NCBI GenBank assembly: GCA_002633005.1
Contig: NMRA01000106.1
Location: 928,370 to 990,895 of the forward strand
Source: Phoronis australis
Taxonomy: Eukaryota > Animalia > Phoronida
Direction: 5' to 3'
Length of the DNA: 62,526 bases
Under the pieces are notes generated by a model. The model saw only the letters and a list, made by a program, of their open reading frames with translations, was not told the DNA's origin and did no database searches. The position numbers and the translations under genes were made by a program. Below are positions 38,118 to 50,312 of this stretch, one piece after another (positions within the stretch are counted from its first letter, which is position 1; the number at the start of each line of letters is the position of its first letter).

Positions 38118-40575
38118 CTAAGGACATCCCGTTTCTCGCATTGGTGACTGTCGAATGTTTTGATTTAATTTTGCGATGTGTCACAAAAACTAGAGTACGT
38201 AAGGCAAGTGAGAACTTCAGTCTAATAGCAGTGATGGATCTGCAGAGGGTCCAGTGCCCGCTTGTATGAAAGGGACTCAACTACGTTCTCTAAATCTACT
38301 GCTTATTAGTGGACTTAAGAAAACACTTATTGTCCTTTCGTATGTTGTTTAAGTTTCATTACTAAGTTTTGAATTGATCAAGAGTGAACTCTACGCTAAA
38401 TTCTCAATATCATTGAAAATAAGTAGGAATCTTTTCATGCAACGCCCTTAACTTAAGGACGAAGTCCCTATCTATTTTCATTGAACTAAGGGTGCAGGTT
38501 TAATTACATCATTAGGAAAATGTTATTAGTTAAAGAGGACCTCATGATGAAGGTAAAATGGTGGGAAAAGATTACATCCGTGAGTGAAGAACGACAAAAA
38601 GTATGCAGTAGATTTAGGAAACTTAGTCAAGTCCCTATTTGGGACTGTTTCATGCAACCGGGCCCAGGGGACTTAAAACCCCTTACTTCAATATACTTTG
38701 GCTCCTCACTAAGTTAAACTGGGCTTTTAATTTTGTACTGTTGAACTTGAATTGGGATCGGTTCTTGCCAAGCTTTCATGAAGTTCAGATGAAGAGGACG
38801 TAATAGTCAACAGAACTACACGGGTGTAGGAGTATATACTCAATTACATTTTCACTAAAATGAAGAGAGGTCATTTCTAAGAAGGAAAGGTCAAAGGACA
38901 GATGAATTTTTCACTAGTATTCAATCAAAAAGCATTGCTTACCCTTTGTTTCAAAAGAATTGGACACACGACCATGGCTTATTCTTCCAGAAGATGCCTA
39001 AAAGATTTTAAAAATTTTAAAATTTTCCATGCATATTAAAATAAAGAGAATAAGAACCAAAATTTACTCAAAATATTCACAACCCAAGTAATATTTACAA
39101 ATGATTATTGACTGAGTAATTAATACCATTACAATTAAAAGGTATGATTATATATATACAATAAATATTATCAATTGAAACCAACCAAAACAGTAACCAC
39201 AAATGAATATTTTGAATACAGATTAACAGTACAGTCCAGTGGAGCAAGATTGATGTATTCATACTATAACATTAGAGTGTTTAGTGCCAACTTTTCTCCC
39301 TAGATGAGTGACCCGTGTTTTTCTCACTGCAGTTGGGAATGATCAGCCTTGGTTGGCGTCAGCATTTCAGATTTGGAGACCGATCCCTCAGCAGGAGACA
39401 GTTAATATGTGGCTCTGATGTCCAATTTGGTTGTGGCTGTCCACTGTTAAATTTCAAATTCGCGCTTTCACAGACACGACTAAGTTGTTTTTGCTTTTGC
39501 TTAAAGAAAGTATGTTTCAGTAATTTCGAATGAAAAAAATTGTCGAACTATGAGAGGAGTTACATAAATGTGAAGAGTGAAAGTCACGGAATTAGCCCAA
39601 TGTGTTCTGCAAGTAAACTCCTTCGTGGAGAAACTTGACATCCCAGATGTTTACTTGGTGTAATTGAATTAAGCACAACACCATGATACAGGCAGAAATT
39701 GGTAACTCCCCAACATGAAAGCAGCTCTTTTGGCCTTAGGAGAACACTTGGCTATGGATGGAGGATAGAATCAGTAGAGGTTACCAGCGTCTTCTATGAT
39801 GACAAAAAACAAATTTTGATTTATACAACTGACTGTAAAGACATATTGATCTGCATTATAAATACCGTTACGGCCGGTAAGATGATTCCGATCAAATGAA
39901 AAACTGAAAAACACGTTTAGAATGCCTCAACAAGGCCTCGATCAGATATGCCAGTGTGCATTATTCAGTAAAATCAAGATGTTTAAATTATAAACGTAAA
40001 ATTATCATTGGCCTCGCCGTCGATCAATCAGTATATAGTTTACAAGATTTACCTCTTTAAGTTCCTTTTTGCACAGAAAATCTAGTTGAGCGCACAGAGA
40101 CAGCAGTTCGATGACTGTGTTGTTTCCGGAATGTTCTGTTGTCCAAATCGGTTCATGAACACAGAGATGAACTGAAATATTTGGTGACACAGAGTACATT
40201 ATGACATTATGTCGTGTTCACAACAAAAATGCCTAACTGACACTTTTAAAGCAATTAACTACTATGATAACAGTACATCAAAAGAATAATACCCTGAAAC
40301 TAGGAATAATTTGTCCTAGCTTGAAAGGAAATCCGTACACAGAAATAAATAATACATACAAAAATTTCTAAATGTCCAAATACGATTGAACTGACGAAAC
40401 TGCAGTCCAGCTTGAGGACTCCTAGTCACGAACTGAGGCGTGTGGGTTTGAAATGACTTTTTACTCAGTTCAAGAGTGGGAATAAACAAAATAAATATAC
40501 ACTATGTCTACCTTTCAAGGAGGGGTCATACTGACTAGGCACACGAAGAGGACCAGAAAGAACACATGCTGCCAT
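38118..40575 (-). pseudogene. Disrupted 5' exons of the same unidentified gene
   Basis: Exon 40575-40512 (MAACVLSGPLRVPSQYDPSLK) and exon 40081-40053 (DFLCKKELKE) are in phase. Exon 39443-39313 has an in-frame TAA (39404-39402) and exits in the wrong phase. Candidate exons at about 38815-38710 and 38289-38118 have stops when their strongest splice sites are used. Confidence 0.5.
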
Positions 40576-41383
40576 TGTCGCTGAAGACAACCAACTTCGT
40601 GACACGCGGTGATTGGCACTGGAGAAGCCTACTCGTCGACTGAAAGGCTGAAAGCCGATCTTTCACCAGACACCAGTTTACTGACTTGAGAAAGTGTACA
40701 GGCCCACGTGCGGAACGTCGGCGACAAAGAATATCCTCAGGTATTCAACTTTCACACTGGCTTCATGCAAAACTCGTCATTTACAGTCAGAACTGGGGAC
40801 ATCTCTATATGGCTTTGTCGGTAAAGAGAACCGTGAATTATTGATTATGTTGCGAAGCATCGATCGAGTGGGATGATTGAAAACAACATATTGAGTGACC
40901 TCTAGCGGCCAAATAGATAAACACTTGCCCTTCGTTCGCTGTGCGTCAGTGAACTTGCCAGGAATCTTGCTTAATCTCAAGATCGTGGGATCTTTAGAGC
41001 TGAAAAGCTAGGAAGTGTCTAAAACTTTCAACCACACGACGCAACTTTTCTAAAAACACGCTTGCGCAATATAAATTAATTCAATTAGTTGGTTTATTTT
41101 AAGCTTACGGCAATTGTAAATTGCATTCAGCTTCGTAGTAGGCCGCAAGTTAGAATATAAATAGTCTTTGAAGTTGCAATATTAAAACTTAAAAACTATT
41201 TGTAAATAGCAGTCAGCAAGGCTTCCCCGCGCCGTGAGCACTGAATATTGACCTTGAGACAGCTAGACAGTCTCGCCGCGTTTCTTGAGTGAGTTGGGGC
41301 TCGTCTCCCGGTTTGAATGCCAGTGAACGTGGTTATCGGGCCCTCTCTGGCGCCGCCGAACATCCGGCTGTGGATCCGTTTAA

Positions 41384-41658
41384 CATGGGCGCACCCATGC
41401 ATGCAGGGGGAGGGGGCGAGGGGGGCTACGTAGAGCCCCCCGATTTGGCGATGTGGGCAAACAGGTTTGCCTTAGAGAAACAAAAAGTGCGAGAAAACGA
41501 GACAAAAATTAAAAGTCCACTAAAGAAGGCATAAAGACATAATTAATAGACCCGAACGTGCCCCATTTTTTGCCTGCTCCCGCTTTTTTCGTTAGTAAAA
41601 GCTCCGACATCGCTGGAAATTCGAGCCCCCCCCATATTAAAGGCTGGGTGTATGCATG
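41384..41658. mobile_element. MITE with catgc.c.caccca-type termini; related element at 59385-59634
   Basis: Inverted ends catgggcgcaccca and tgggtgtatgcatg with G/C-run subtermini. Confidence 0.5.
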
Positions 41659-42082
41659 TTTAGGAAGTTGTTTGCATGTCTTTCCGAATGGGAGTACGTA
41701 AAGTTGTGACAACCGATTTGTCAGTCATCTTGTCACCTTCCTGTTGGTTGGTGCGCGTTGGCTTGTTGTTTTTCAGACGATAAAATGTAAGGCGTATGGA
41801 TTTCTACTTTGTACTACTTTGTGATTTGCCCATGTAATATCAAAAAAATACATACTCGTTGTTATTAACCATTCCTGTTGTGTTGTCACAGGGCAATACA
41901 GTATTAGTGATGTCTAGGCCTACACGGCAATAAAATATTGGCTGAAATAAACTGAAATGTTAAGGACAGAAACCAAAATTTTTTAACGTGTTTGGCTTCA
42001 ATTCCTCATAAAAAGCTAGGAACCAGTACTGGTTCCTAGTAAAAAGTTAGTGCAGGGTCCTTCTTTCAAGAAATACGATCAG

Positions 42083-42401
42083 TAAAAATTGGCCAAAACG
42101 CTGCGATGGGTTTTTATTTGGTGACAACATGCCAAGAAGTGTGTAGGTGCTAGAATGGATACGAAGAATAGACGCTGCCAGATCCCTGAGGATCCAAAGT
42201 TGAGGCAGCCTGCTTAAACAGATGAGTTTTGAGTCGACTGATAGAGCCTACAGTTGTTTTAGTGTGGTGGATAGTTGGCGTTGGCCGAGCGTCGTGACAT
42301 CGGACATAAGATTGAGACTGGTGACTATCAAAAGAAAGATTGATATCAGGCCTCTGAAAACCGGTGTCGTCTGGAATACGGATTAATCGGGTGTTAGCTG
42401 T
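42083..42401. repeat. Dispersed direct repeat, second copy at about 45497-45689
   Basis: Shared blocks tggccaaaacgctgcgat, gcgtcgtgaca and aaaccggtgtcg.ctggaatacgga...gttagctgta. Confidence 0.8.
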
Positions 42402-43720
42402 AATGAACCAAAAATCCCCTCCCCCCCGTTCGGAAAGTCTTTGAGTTATGTAACATCTGTCTGTGTCATTCGTTTAGAAAACATTTTGTGTGTAAAGAGT
42501 TCCCCAGTCAAGTTACAGGAGACAGAAACCCTCGAGCTGGACTGTTAGTGGCTCTCTAGATGCGCATTAGTACCATCAAAAGTGCTGACTTCAGCCGAAG
42601 CTGATCTCATCAAGTTTATTATGAAAAAGACGGGTTATCGGCTTGTCTCAGTAGAAAACTTAGCACTGTTTTATCATCTGAAAAAACAAAAAGGCACAAA
42701 TTTTATTTTTGTGGCAGTCGGTCTGAGCATTGGGCGTACGACGGAACCGGGGCACTACATAAACCGTTGTATTGAAGAGAGGGTCGCGATCGGTTTGCCC
42801 AACTGGTCGGAACGTTATACTCCTAAAAACAACAATTCAACCGGCATCGGTGATATCTAGAAGCTGAACAACTATGCCGTAATCATTGACTGTAAAATAG
42901 CCTCGTTGGAAGTCCACCACTTTTTCCACATTTATAATTCACCATACATGAAATGGTTCTTTTTTAGATTATTTTGTACTTAATCTTATCAATTTATCCC
43001 TATGAGAGTGTTTGTAGAATTTGATCAGCGGGAAACGTTGAATAAATCACTTAAAACTGCTTCTCGGCCTATTATGTTAGCTGGCTAAAACGAAAATCAA
43101 ATTAGACCAATTACTCAGGCTCATATAATGGTCTCATATAATATTTCTTACCGTGATATGACTCCATTTCCGTTCCCAACAAGTACCTCGAAACCATCAC
43201 CGACTGAAGAAATCGTTGAACCGCCGGATTATTATATCATTAATGGAGTTGGCCCCTACATGCAATTACGAATTCGAAAATCGGGTATATGTGTACGTAT
43301 AATAGGGCCGCCCCGGATTACATAGCAACACCCGAAGCTCCTTGCATTTACCCGCAATGCCGTAAACATCTGCCATGCACATTTGCTGCCTCGCTTTCGA
43401 TTCTTTACAAGTTAATTTTATCGGTTGCATTACTCTATTTGTTAAACCCCGAATCAAGCCTCCACTAAAACGGGGGAAATACGGCTTTGACCAATCGTTG
43501 TTCACTGATACTCGCCGATTGACACCGTTCGACATTTTGGGAATCCTAGAAACCCTGATTGAGTTTCGTTGCCATTCCCCGTGATGGGTGTATATTCGGA
43601 AAAGTTTCCGTACTGATAAGCCCATGCGTACGTACATTTAGGGGTCCACGTCATGATTGCGATATGGAAAGTGGAGTGAACACTAAATCGAACGTGTACT
43701 ATTTTTAAAAAGTCCCATTA

Positions 43721-44068
43721 CACGGGTGAGAAACAACATGACCGCCGGTCCTCTTAATCGGACCGCCTCACCCAAAACAGGACCTCCGGGGATCAAATGG
43801 GACCGTCGCACCAGAAAGTGGGACTGACGCACATAAAAACATGACTGCCCCACCAGAAAACAGGACCGCCGGGGACTGAAACCGCATATTAGTTGTCCGG
43901 CGCTCATGCTCATTCTCCGGCGGTCCTGTTTTGTGGTGGGGCGGTCATATTTTTAGGTGCGTCAGTCCCATTTTCTGGTGCGACGGTCCCATTTGATCCC
44001 CGGAGATCCTGTTTTGGGTGAGTCAGTCCGATTTAGAGGACCGGCGGTCATGTTGTTTCTCACACGTG
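43721..44068. mobile_element. 348-bp hairpin MITE with CAC...GTG termini and a 5-bp TSD (Transib-type)
   Basis: About 155-bp inverted arms; perfect TSD CATTA at 43716-43720 and 44069-44073. Confidence 0.85.
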
Positions 44069-44202
44069 CATTAACTGTTTCCATCTCTGCCCCCAACGTA
44101 AGTTTGGACCAGTATGGTCAGCCACCAGATGTAACCGTGTCTATACTAATGTGGTCGATATATCATTTTCTCGATCATCTCAACACTGCACTATATGGAT
44201 AT

Positions 44203-44348
44203 CAGTGGCGGATTTGGAGGAGGGGGCAAAGGGGGCCATGCCCCCCTAAAATAGATTTCATTCAGTTCAGGGGTGCGAATGTCTGACAGGCAAAATCCTG
44301 GCTGTAATACTCTGCCCTGTCCCCCTAACTAATAAATCCTCCGCCCTG
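44203..44348 (+). mobile_element. CAGTGGCGGAT-type MITE (hAT-like)
   Basis: Inverted copy of 45299-45461; flanks gatat and gataa. Confidence 0.7.
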
Positions 44349-45298
44349 GATAAAGTAAAGGGACTCCTCCAATATTACCAAAAAAAAAACGTCATCCTCA
44401 TCTCACCTTGCTGTGACGTACAAGATCATTTTGTTCGCTACTCAATAACCCCGGCACCCTTCTTTCATTTACGCAACCATGTTGCCAATCAAGAAGTGAT
44501 TTTCTAGGCTTCCTGGAGTAGACTGGATAGGCTATTGGAATGTGTTTATGACAGGTTTTCATGGTTAGTTAGCTTAGGTATTTACTGTACATGTTCAGTT
44601 TAAAGTTATTAATTGTTACCTCGTGATTGTTACCTCTTGACATATATTTAGCGTAGGGGTATTTCCTAGTCCTGTACATGTTCAGTTTAAAGTTGTTCCT
44701 CTTGACATATATTTACAAATCATCCCAGCCCAAGCTAATCTTTCCAATTGGTTAGTTTTATATTTGGCGCACATTCTGATTGGTCGAATAGGTTCACTTG
44801 CATGTTATATGTTGTATCTTTATACTATCGCACCAGTAGCTTTTAATACATCATACCAAACACAACCATTTTTCTCTTCGAACCACCTCGGGTTTTATCC
44901 ATACACAATAAAACCCGCATAGGCCAATATGGCACTTTTAGTGAATGGACTTTCGGGTCTACAAGACGATTATACAGACAGGTGATTGATAACCATGCAC
45001 AACCACCCTGTGGGACATTCCTCTGTACCCTCCGGCTCATCAAGAAATCCGAGTCGGCCCGCCCAGTTGTATCTTTATAGTTGGACTATGCTTCTCTACA
45101 TCTACTCTGGGGAAAACCAGAGTCGCCGTCCGCCCTTGATATCACCCCGGTGATCTAAGCTCCCACGTGTTGTAGTGGCCATTAGTGTTGTCTTCGCGGT
45201 AATATAGTGGCTGGAATAAATTGAAATGTCAAGCGCAGAAACTGCTTTTTTAACGTGCATGTCTTCTGAAATTGAATGCCTCGTGAAAAGTTAGAATA

Positions 45299-45461
45299 CA
45301 TGGGCAGATCCAGGATTTTGAGTTAGGGGGGGCCAGGGCAGAGTATTAGCCAGGATTTTGCCCGTCAGACATTCGCACCCCCGTACTGCCAAATGGAATC
45401 TGGGAGAATTTTAGGGGGGGGCATGGCCCCCTTGGCCCCCCCCCCTCTAAATCCGCCACTG
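45299..45461 (-). mobile_element. CAGTGGCGGAT-type MITE (hAT-like) with a 5-bp TSD
   Basis: Termini catgggcagatcc and aaatccgccactg; TSD GAATA at 45294-45298 and 45462-45466. Confidence 0.8.
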
Positions 45462-46259
45462 GAATAGAATCCTTCTTTAGAGGAAGAAATGCGATAAAAA
45501 CTGGCCAAAACGCTGCGATAGGTTTTCATTCGTTTACCTCGGTTTTGAGTCGCTGCGTGCCGTGATAGATAATTGGCGCCGCGTCGTGACACTGGACAAA
45601 AGAATGAGCCTTGTCATTAACAATGATTGATACCAGGCTTCTAGAAACCGGTGTCGCCTGGAATACGGACTAAATGGGAGTTAGCTGTACCCCCTTCCCT
45701 TGCTGCCAAATTTTAGCGCGGGGTTTCAAAAAGCTTATTCAGAACACAGCATGCCTGTTATTTTCATCGTCATTTCAACTACCTGACGAAGACTCTACAC
45801 AAACAGGCTCAAAAGCAAGTGATTTTAGGTGTTTTATCATCTTGCTGCAGCGAGTGGTATTTGTTTCATTGAATGCCTACTGCACAAACAAGTTACACAG
45901 TGTGGATACAAACAAACCCAGTATTCAGTATATAATTTTATTTACAACTAACTACTAAACGCACGATAAAATCTCACCAATTTAGAGCAGAATATAGGCA
46001 AAATGAAATTCCCGGAAAGCTGCGGGCACTCACCACGATGTTATGAGACTTCGAAATAGAGAAAAGGTCAAATTTGGCAACGTCAGAAATTAGTGAAATA
46101 TTACTGCAGCTTGCTCTAAATAGTACGTTTACAAAGAAGTATATCCATCATTGTCACAAGGCCTCAGTCTCAGCATGGGTTCCAGCACACTATTATACAC
46201 AGTTACATGGATGGCAAGTGGTCAGTGCTTTAAAACTTAATCCCATTTTCTGGGAAGCC

Positions 46260-46412
46260 TGGCGTGCGTTCAGTAGACGCTAGGACCTACGCTAGGACCT
46301 AGCCAAAAGCTAGTCATGGTCACGTGCTCTCATTTGAAATACACGGCAATATCACGCGTAATCTCGCAAAGTCTTGCTTTTAAGCTAGGTCCTAGCGTTA
46401 CTGAACGGGAGG
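46260..46412. mobile_element. Small MITE (PIF/Harbinger-like)
   Basis: Inverted ends cgttcagtagacgctaggacct and aggtcctagcgttactgaacg. Confidence 0.6.
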
Positions 46413-46604
46413 CTGTTCAACATGAAATCACCGGATCCTTCGAAAATAACCAAACGAGACTTCCGTTGTGGAAAGATCACAAATATCAGACAATAATCTT
46501 TGTCATGAACTTATAACAGGTAAACAAGACTTACTGATAGTCACAAATATTTAAGTGTGTATGTATATATATCATACAAGAGAAAGTCTTCAATCTTTTT
46601 GAAC

Positions 46605-48518
46605 TCAACAAACAAATGTTTCCTTACCGTCTAAATAACTGAAGGAATGAACAAGGCCATTTTTGTATACCACAGACAATTGTCCATGTCCAATAATAGT
46701 GATATCTGTCGCATCTGGGTTTCCAAATTTCCAGACCTCAAGTCGATCACCACTGGAGGAGATAGCATGCACTGCAGAGGCATTTTCTGAGCACTGATCC
46801 ACAATGAAAATATGACCCCACTGATCACAACACACACCCATTGGCTTGCCCAACTCAGGCCCTACTGGGTCATACACGTGAAGAATGGAGTAATCAACAC
46901 CACTCAAGATGTAGGCGCAATGTTTGCAAGTTGTTACGATGTTACCATCAGGCGTAGTGGCCACATAATTCGGATCGAAGTTGTCTTCACGAAGGGAAGT
47001 GGCCTCTAAAACAACCTCAGTCGTCCACTTATTGTTTCGGTGGTCATACGAAAGTACTGACAGGCGACCATTTCCTGATACCAACAATTTATTGCCTAAG
47101 CACGTAACTCGCCCCCATTTCTTATAAATGTTACGAACTACAGATATTTGTTTGAATCTCTCATTGTAATAGTATATTCCGTGAATGAAGTTGTCTGTGA
47201 CAAAAATTTCTCCTTTGTCATTGCTTGCGACATCACACGGGCGGGTTAATTCGTGTTCGTCGATGAATCTCTGGAATTTGCCCCCTTTTCCAAAAACCTT
47301 CACACTACCATTGTTTCCATCCGCAATAAGATATCGATTATTCATGAAATGGATGCCGAAACACTCTGGGTCGTCGTCTCTCCTCAATTCTGAATCAAAC
47401 TCGGAGACAAAACACGGTTGTGTTAGCAATTTCATTTTTGACACAAGACGTGTTTCGTCCTGCAGCTTCATAGAACACTGAAAATCATCCAGCTGCGAAC
47501 ATTGTATATAAAATTTCGGTACAACCGCTGAATACATTCCTGGTACCTGCTCTTGTTTCTTCAAACTGTCCATCACAAGTTTAAGTAGTTGGCATTTTTC
47601 GTGTTGACTGCTGCAGTTAATGTACTTGTCAGACAAAACTAACGACTCTTTGTGCACTTTTAACTGCAGTCGGATTTTGTTTAATTGCGATGTCAAGTCA
47701 CTCCGGATGCCCGTGCCCCTGGCTGTGACATCACTCAGTAACCGGGTCTCAATCGCTGTGGCAGATTTGCGAACATCCTCAAAATGTTTAGATATAGCTC
47801 CTGACACACGTGCTACTTCGTCGTTGCAGTTACTCTCCATTTTCTCAAACTGGGACTCATACTCTACCAATGACTCGATAGCTTGCAGGGTTGACGGTAT
47901 TCCAGCTTTGATCTCTCCACAAGCTTGACTGGTGTTTACCCAAGTGTGGTTGACATGTGAGACAGTCAGACAACATGAACAAGTCAGGGACTCGCAGCTT
48001 TTGCAATAGATATCTAAGAAACGATCGGTGTGGTATGGACATTTATTCTGCTTAGCAGGTAGTATCTGTTTTGAAGGACTTGACTTGGGACCCTCGACCA
48101 GTTTGACTACTTTGTGTCCTCTGGTCATTCGTGACTTAGTGTGACCAACAGAGCATGGCTCACAAAGCTTGTCTTCACACTGAACACAGGTAAAGATAGC
48201 CTCACTTTCAACATTGTCTAACTGGCACAATTCACACAGGTTTTGAACCGTCGTTTTAAGGGCAATGTTTAAACTGTCCATGAGTGAATTGAAATAGAAA
48301 TTATCTTTGAACCCTTGAACACCATTTTTAGGCATTTCAATCTTACTCTTACACAGAGGACATAAGAAACAACCTTTTTTCTTAGTGGCTTCAATATGAT
48401 CACGCAGACAATCCTCACAAAACGTGTGAAGACATGGCAAAGCCTTCGGGTGGTTGAATAATGACAAACATATTGTGCACGACAAACTTTCTTCAATGCT
48501 TGCAGCAGCTTCGGCCAT
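46605..48518 (-). CDS. TRIM-NHL family E3 ubiquitin ligase (TRIM2/3/56/71-like), single coding exon, 637 aa
   Basis: RING (CTICL...PCLHTFCEDCL...CPLC), B-box1 (CELC...CVQC...LCEPC...H...H), B-box2 (CPYH...YCKSC...C..C...H..H), coiled coil and NHL repeats (LIADGNNGSVKVF, PCDVA...IFVTD, PMGVCCDQWGHIFIVD). A splice acceptor tttcag ends 2 nt before the ATG, implying an upstream non-coding exon. Confidence 0.9.
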   Translation of the reverse strand: MAEAAASIEESLSCTICLSLFNHPKALPCLHTFCEDCLRDHIEATKKKGCFLCPLCKSKIEMPKNGVQGFKDNFYFNSLMDSLNIALKTTVQNLCELCQLDNVESEAIFTCVQCEDKLCEPCSVGHTKSRMTRGHKVVKLVEGPKSSPSKQILPAKQNKCPYHTDRFLDIYCKSCESLTCSCCLTVSHVNHTWVNTSQACGEIKAGIPSTLQAIESLVEYESQFEKMESNCNDEVARVSGAISKHFEDVRKSATAIETRLLSDVTARGTGIRSDLTSQLNKIRLQLKVHKESLVLSDKYINCSSQHEKCQLLKLVMDSLKKQEQVPGMYSAVVPKFYIQCSQLDDFQCSMKLQDETRLVSKMKLLTQPCFVSEFDSELRRDDDPECFGIHFMNNRYLIADGNNGSVKVFGKGGKFQRFIDEHELTRPCDVASNDKGEIFVTDNFIHGIYYYNERFKQISVVRNIYKKWGRVTCLGNKLLVSGNGRLSVLSYDHRNNKWTTEVVLEATSLREDNFDPNYVATTPDGNIVTTCKHCAYILSGVDYSILHVYDPVGPELGKPMGVCCDQWGHIFIVDQCSENASAVHAISSSGDRLEVWKFGNPDATDITIIGHGQLSVVYKNGLVHSFSYLDGKETFVC

Positions 48519-48779
48519 TTCTGAAATTTAAATGAAAATTGAAGTTAAAACAATACGTGACTCTTCACTTCAAAATTACACTTTCCTCATTGAATAGACG
48601 AGTTATACGCCGACTGATGTTGCCTCACAGACTAGTAGGCATGTTGAGTCTCCTACAGTCAGGATAGAAGCATGGGGAGTGCTCCAAATCGCCAATGACC
48701 CAGCCAGCGACAAGTAACTTGAGATAACTTCTGAAAAATAGATTCCATGTAATGGGTGCATAAAAATGCTTTTTTACAC

Positions 48780-49300
48780 AAACCAGTAAGAAGGGTGATT
48801 TTTTGATTTGGCAGGTTGAACTTTAATATTATGGTACAGAATTCTTCTCACTGAAATTTGTAATGGATTTGGATAACCTCTGTTGACATGTGTTGATGTT
48901 AAAATGGTTTCGGGTGAAAATGGCCAACAGGAGGTGCCACGGCAGTTAAATCCATTCAAAAATTGTCTGTTGCTTCAGAGCAACCCACTAAGTAACCGTT
49001 TGAAACCAATTGCACGATGTTCAGCATCACTCTGTACATCGCACAACAGTAAGATGCCAGACAATTTCAGCGTTGGATGGTCAGACGGCTCAATGAAAGA
49101 AAGCAAGGGCTAAAATTTGAGGTAAATCCACCCAAGAGGTAACCGCATGAAACCAGATGCAAAATATTCTACATAAGCCCATGTATCATGAATAAACACT
49201 GCGAGACAAGTCTAGTTGTGGATTAGCCCCGCCACACACGATCAAAAATCTGAGTTCGGCCAGACTTATCCGCCAGGTAACCGTTTGAAACCATTAGCAT
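48780..49300. repeat. Degenerate repeat array, inverted relative to 53010-53900
   Basis: gtaaccgtttgaaac...gatgttcagcatcact...gcacaac...gatgccagaca is the reverse complement of 53420-53482. Confidence 0.75.
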
Positions 49301-50312
49301 AATGTCGAGCAACATTCTGCATGCAACAAAACGTCGGTACTTTACAGACACTTTTAGCAGTGGGGCAGTAGCATGCAGAGGTTTGGTCGATGTAGGGGCG
49401 ACTTTTTATTAGACGCCCATGTAACCAGAAACGAAGATGCTGTGACGGTTGCTCGCAAAGAATGCGGGGCACAAATTAGGATGTAACGTGGTCCAGAAAG
49501 AGAACATTCTCGCATTATTTCCTGTCAAAGTTTCAAATCAGCCATGCTTAAATGAGTGATTACATCTAACTGCATACTCAGACGGAAATCTAAAGTTTAG
49601 TCAGCGAATGACTTAACAAAATTGTTTATCTGGTTGTATTTTAGCGTGTTGCTTAAGTTGCTTACAGTCGCTGGAAATAGGAACATCCCACTGTTTCGAA
49701 GGTTTACTACTCGGACGGTTCACTATTCCGAAGGTTCACTACTTCGACGATTCCCCACTCCGACGATTCGCCGCTCCAAAAATATCTAAACTTTCAAACT
49801 CAGATGTGATTTTTAAACTTTTCGACATGCAACAATAAACGATATTGCGGTTATTAGATGCACCTATACCGAAACCAACGCCCGGGCACTAAAACACTTG
49901 GTTTGGATTCCATGTAGACAGTGACCACCGTCTCCAGCTGGCCAGCACAACTAGAAACCCCGGCGTAGTCAGATATCACGTACATGCAAAATTGTCCGGA
50001 TGTCATAAAATGAGTACGCACTTGCATTTTAAAATGATATGAAGTAGGAATACTGATGAATTATCAGCCATGACACAATTCATCAAGTCCATGTCAGGAC
50101 CGAATCGCAATGCGACGCACACGGCTGGGTTGAATTTAAATGAAGTTAGTAGGCCACCCTGTCCTTGCCAGTTCTCACGAAATCAGGAAGTCCCATTTAG
50201 TCTTCTTAAATCTGAAACCGCCGTTGGTCGCCGCAGCTGTGCCCCAGATGTTGTCTCTGCTTGAGAATGAGTCGTGCTCACACAATCAGAGTAGTGAACT
50301 GTCGGAGTTCTG

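Noticed and set aside
39355-39392. Selenocysteine readings (SC-TGA-G or KC-TGA-R) in exon 3 of the unknown gene
   Set aside because: These frames are out of phase with the upstream exons, TAA and TAG stops also occur in the gene, and I saw no SECIS. Decay is simpler.
43683-44286. Pair of similar ORFs (RQSHFLVRRSHLIPG) on opposite strands
   Set aside because: Artefact of translating the two arms of the palindromic MITE.
44410-45200. Solo LTR starting TGTGACG
   Set aside because: No matching CA end with a TSD and no properly placed PBS or PPT.
46631-48496. Overlapping or antisense ORFs within the TRIM gene
   Set aside because: They are short shadow frames of a long CDS with no independent features.
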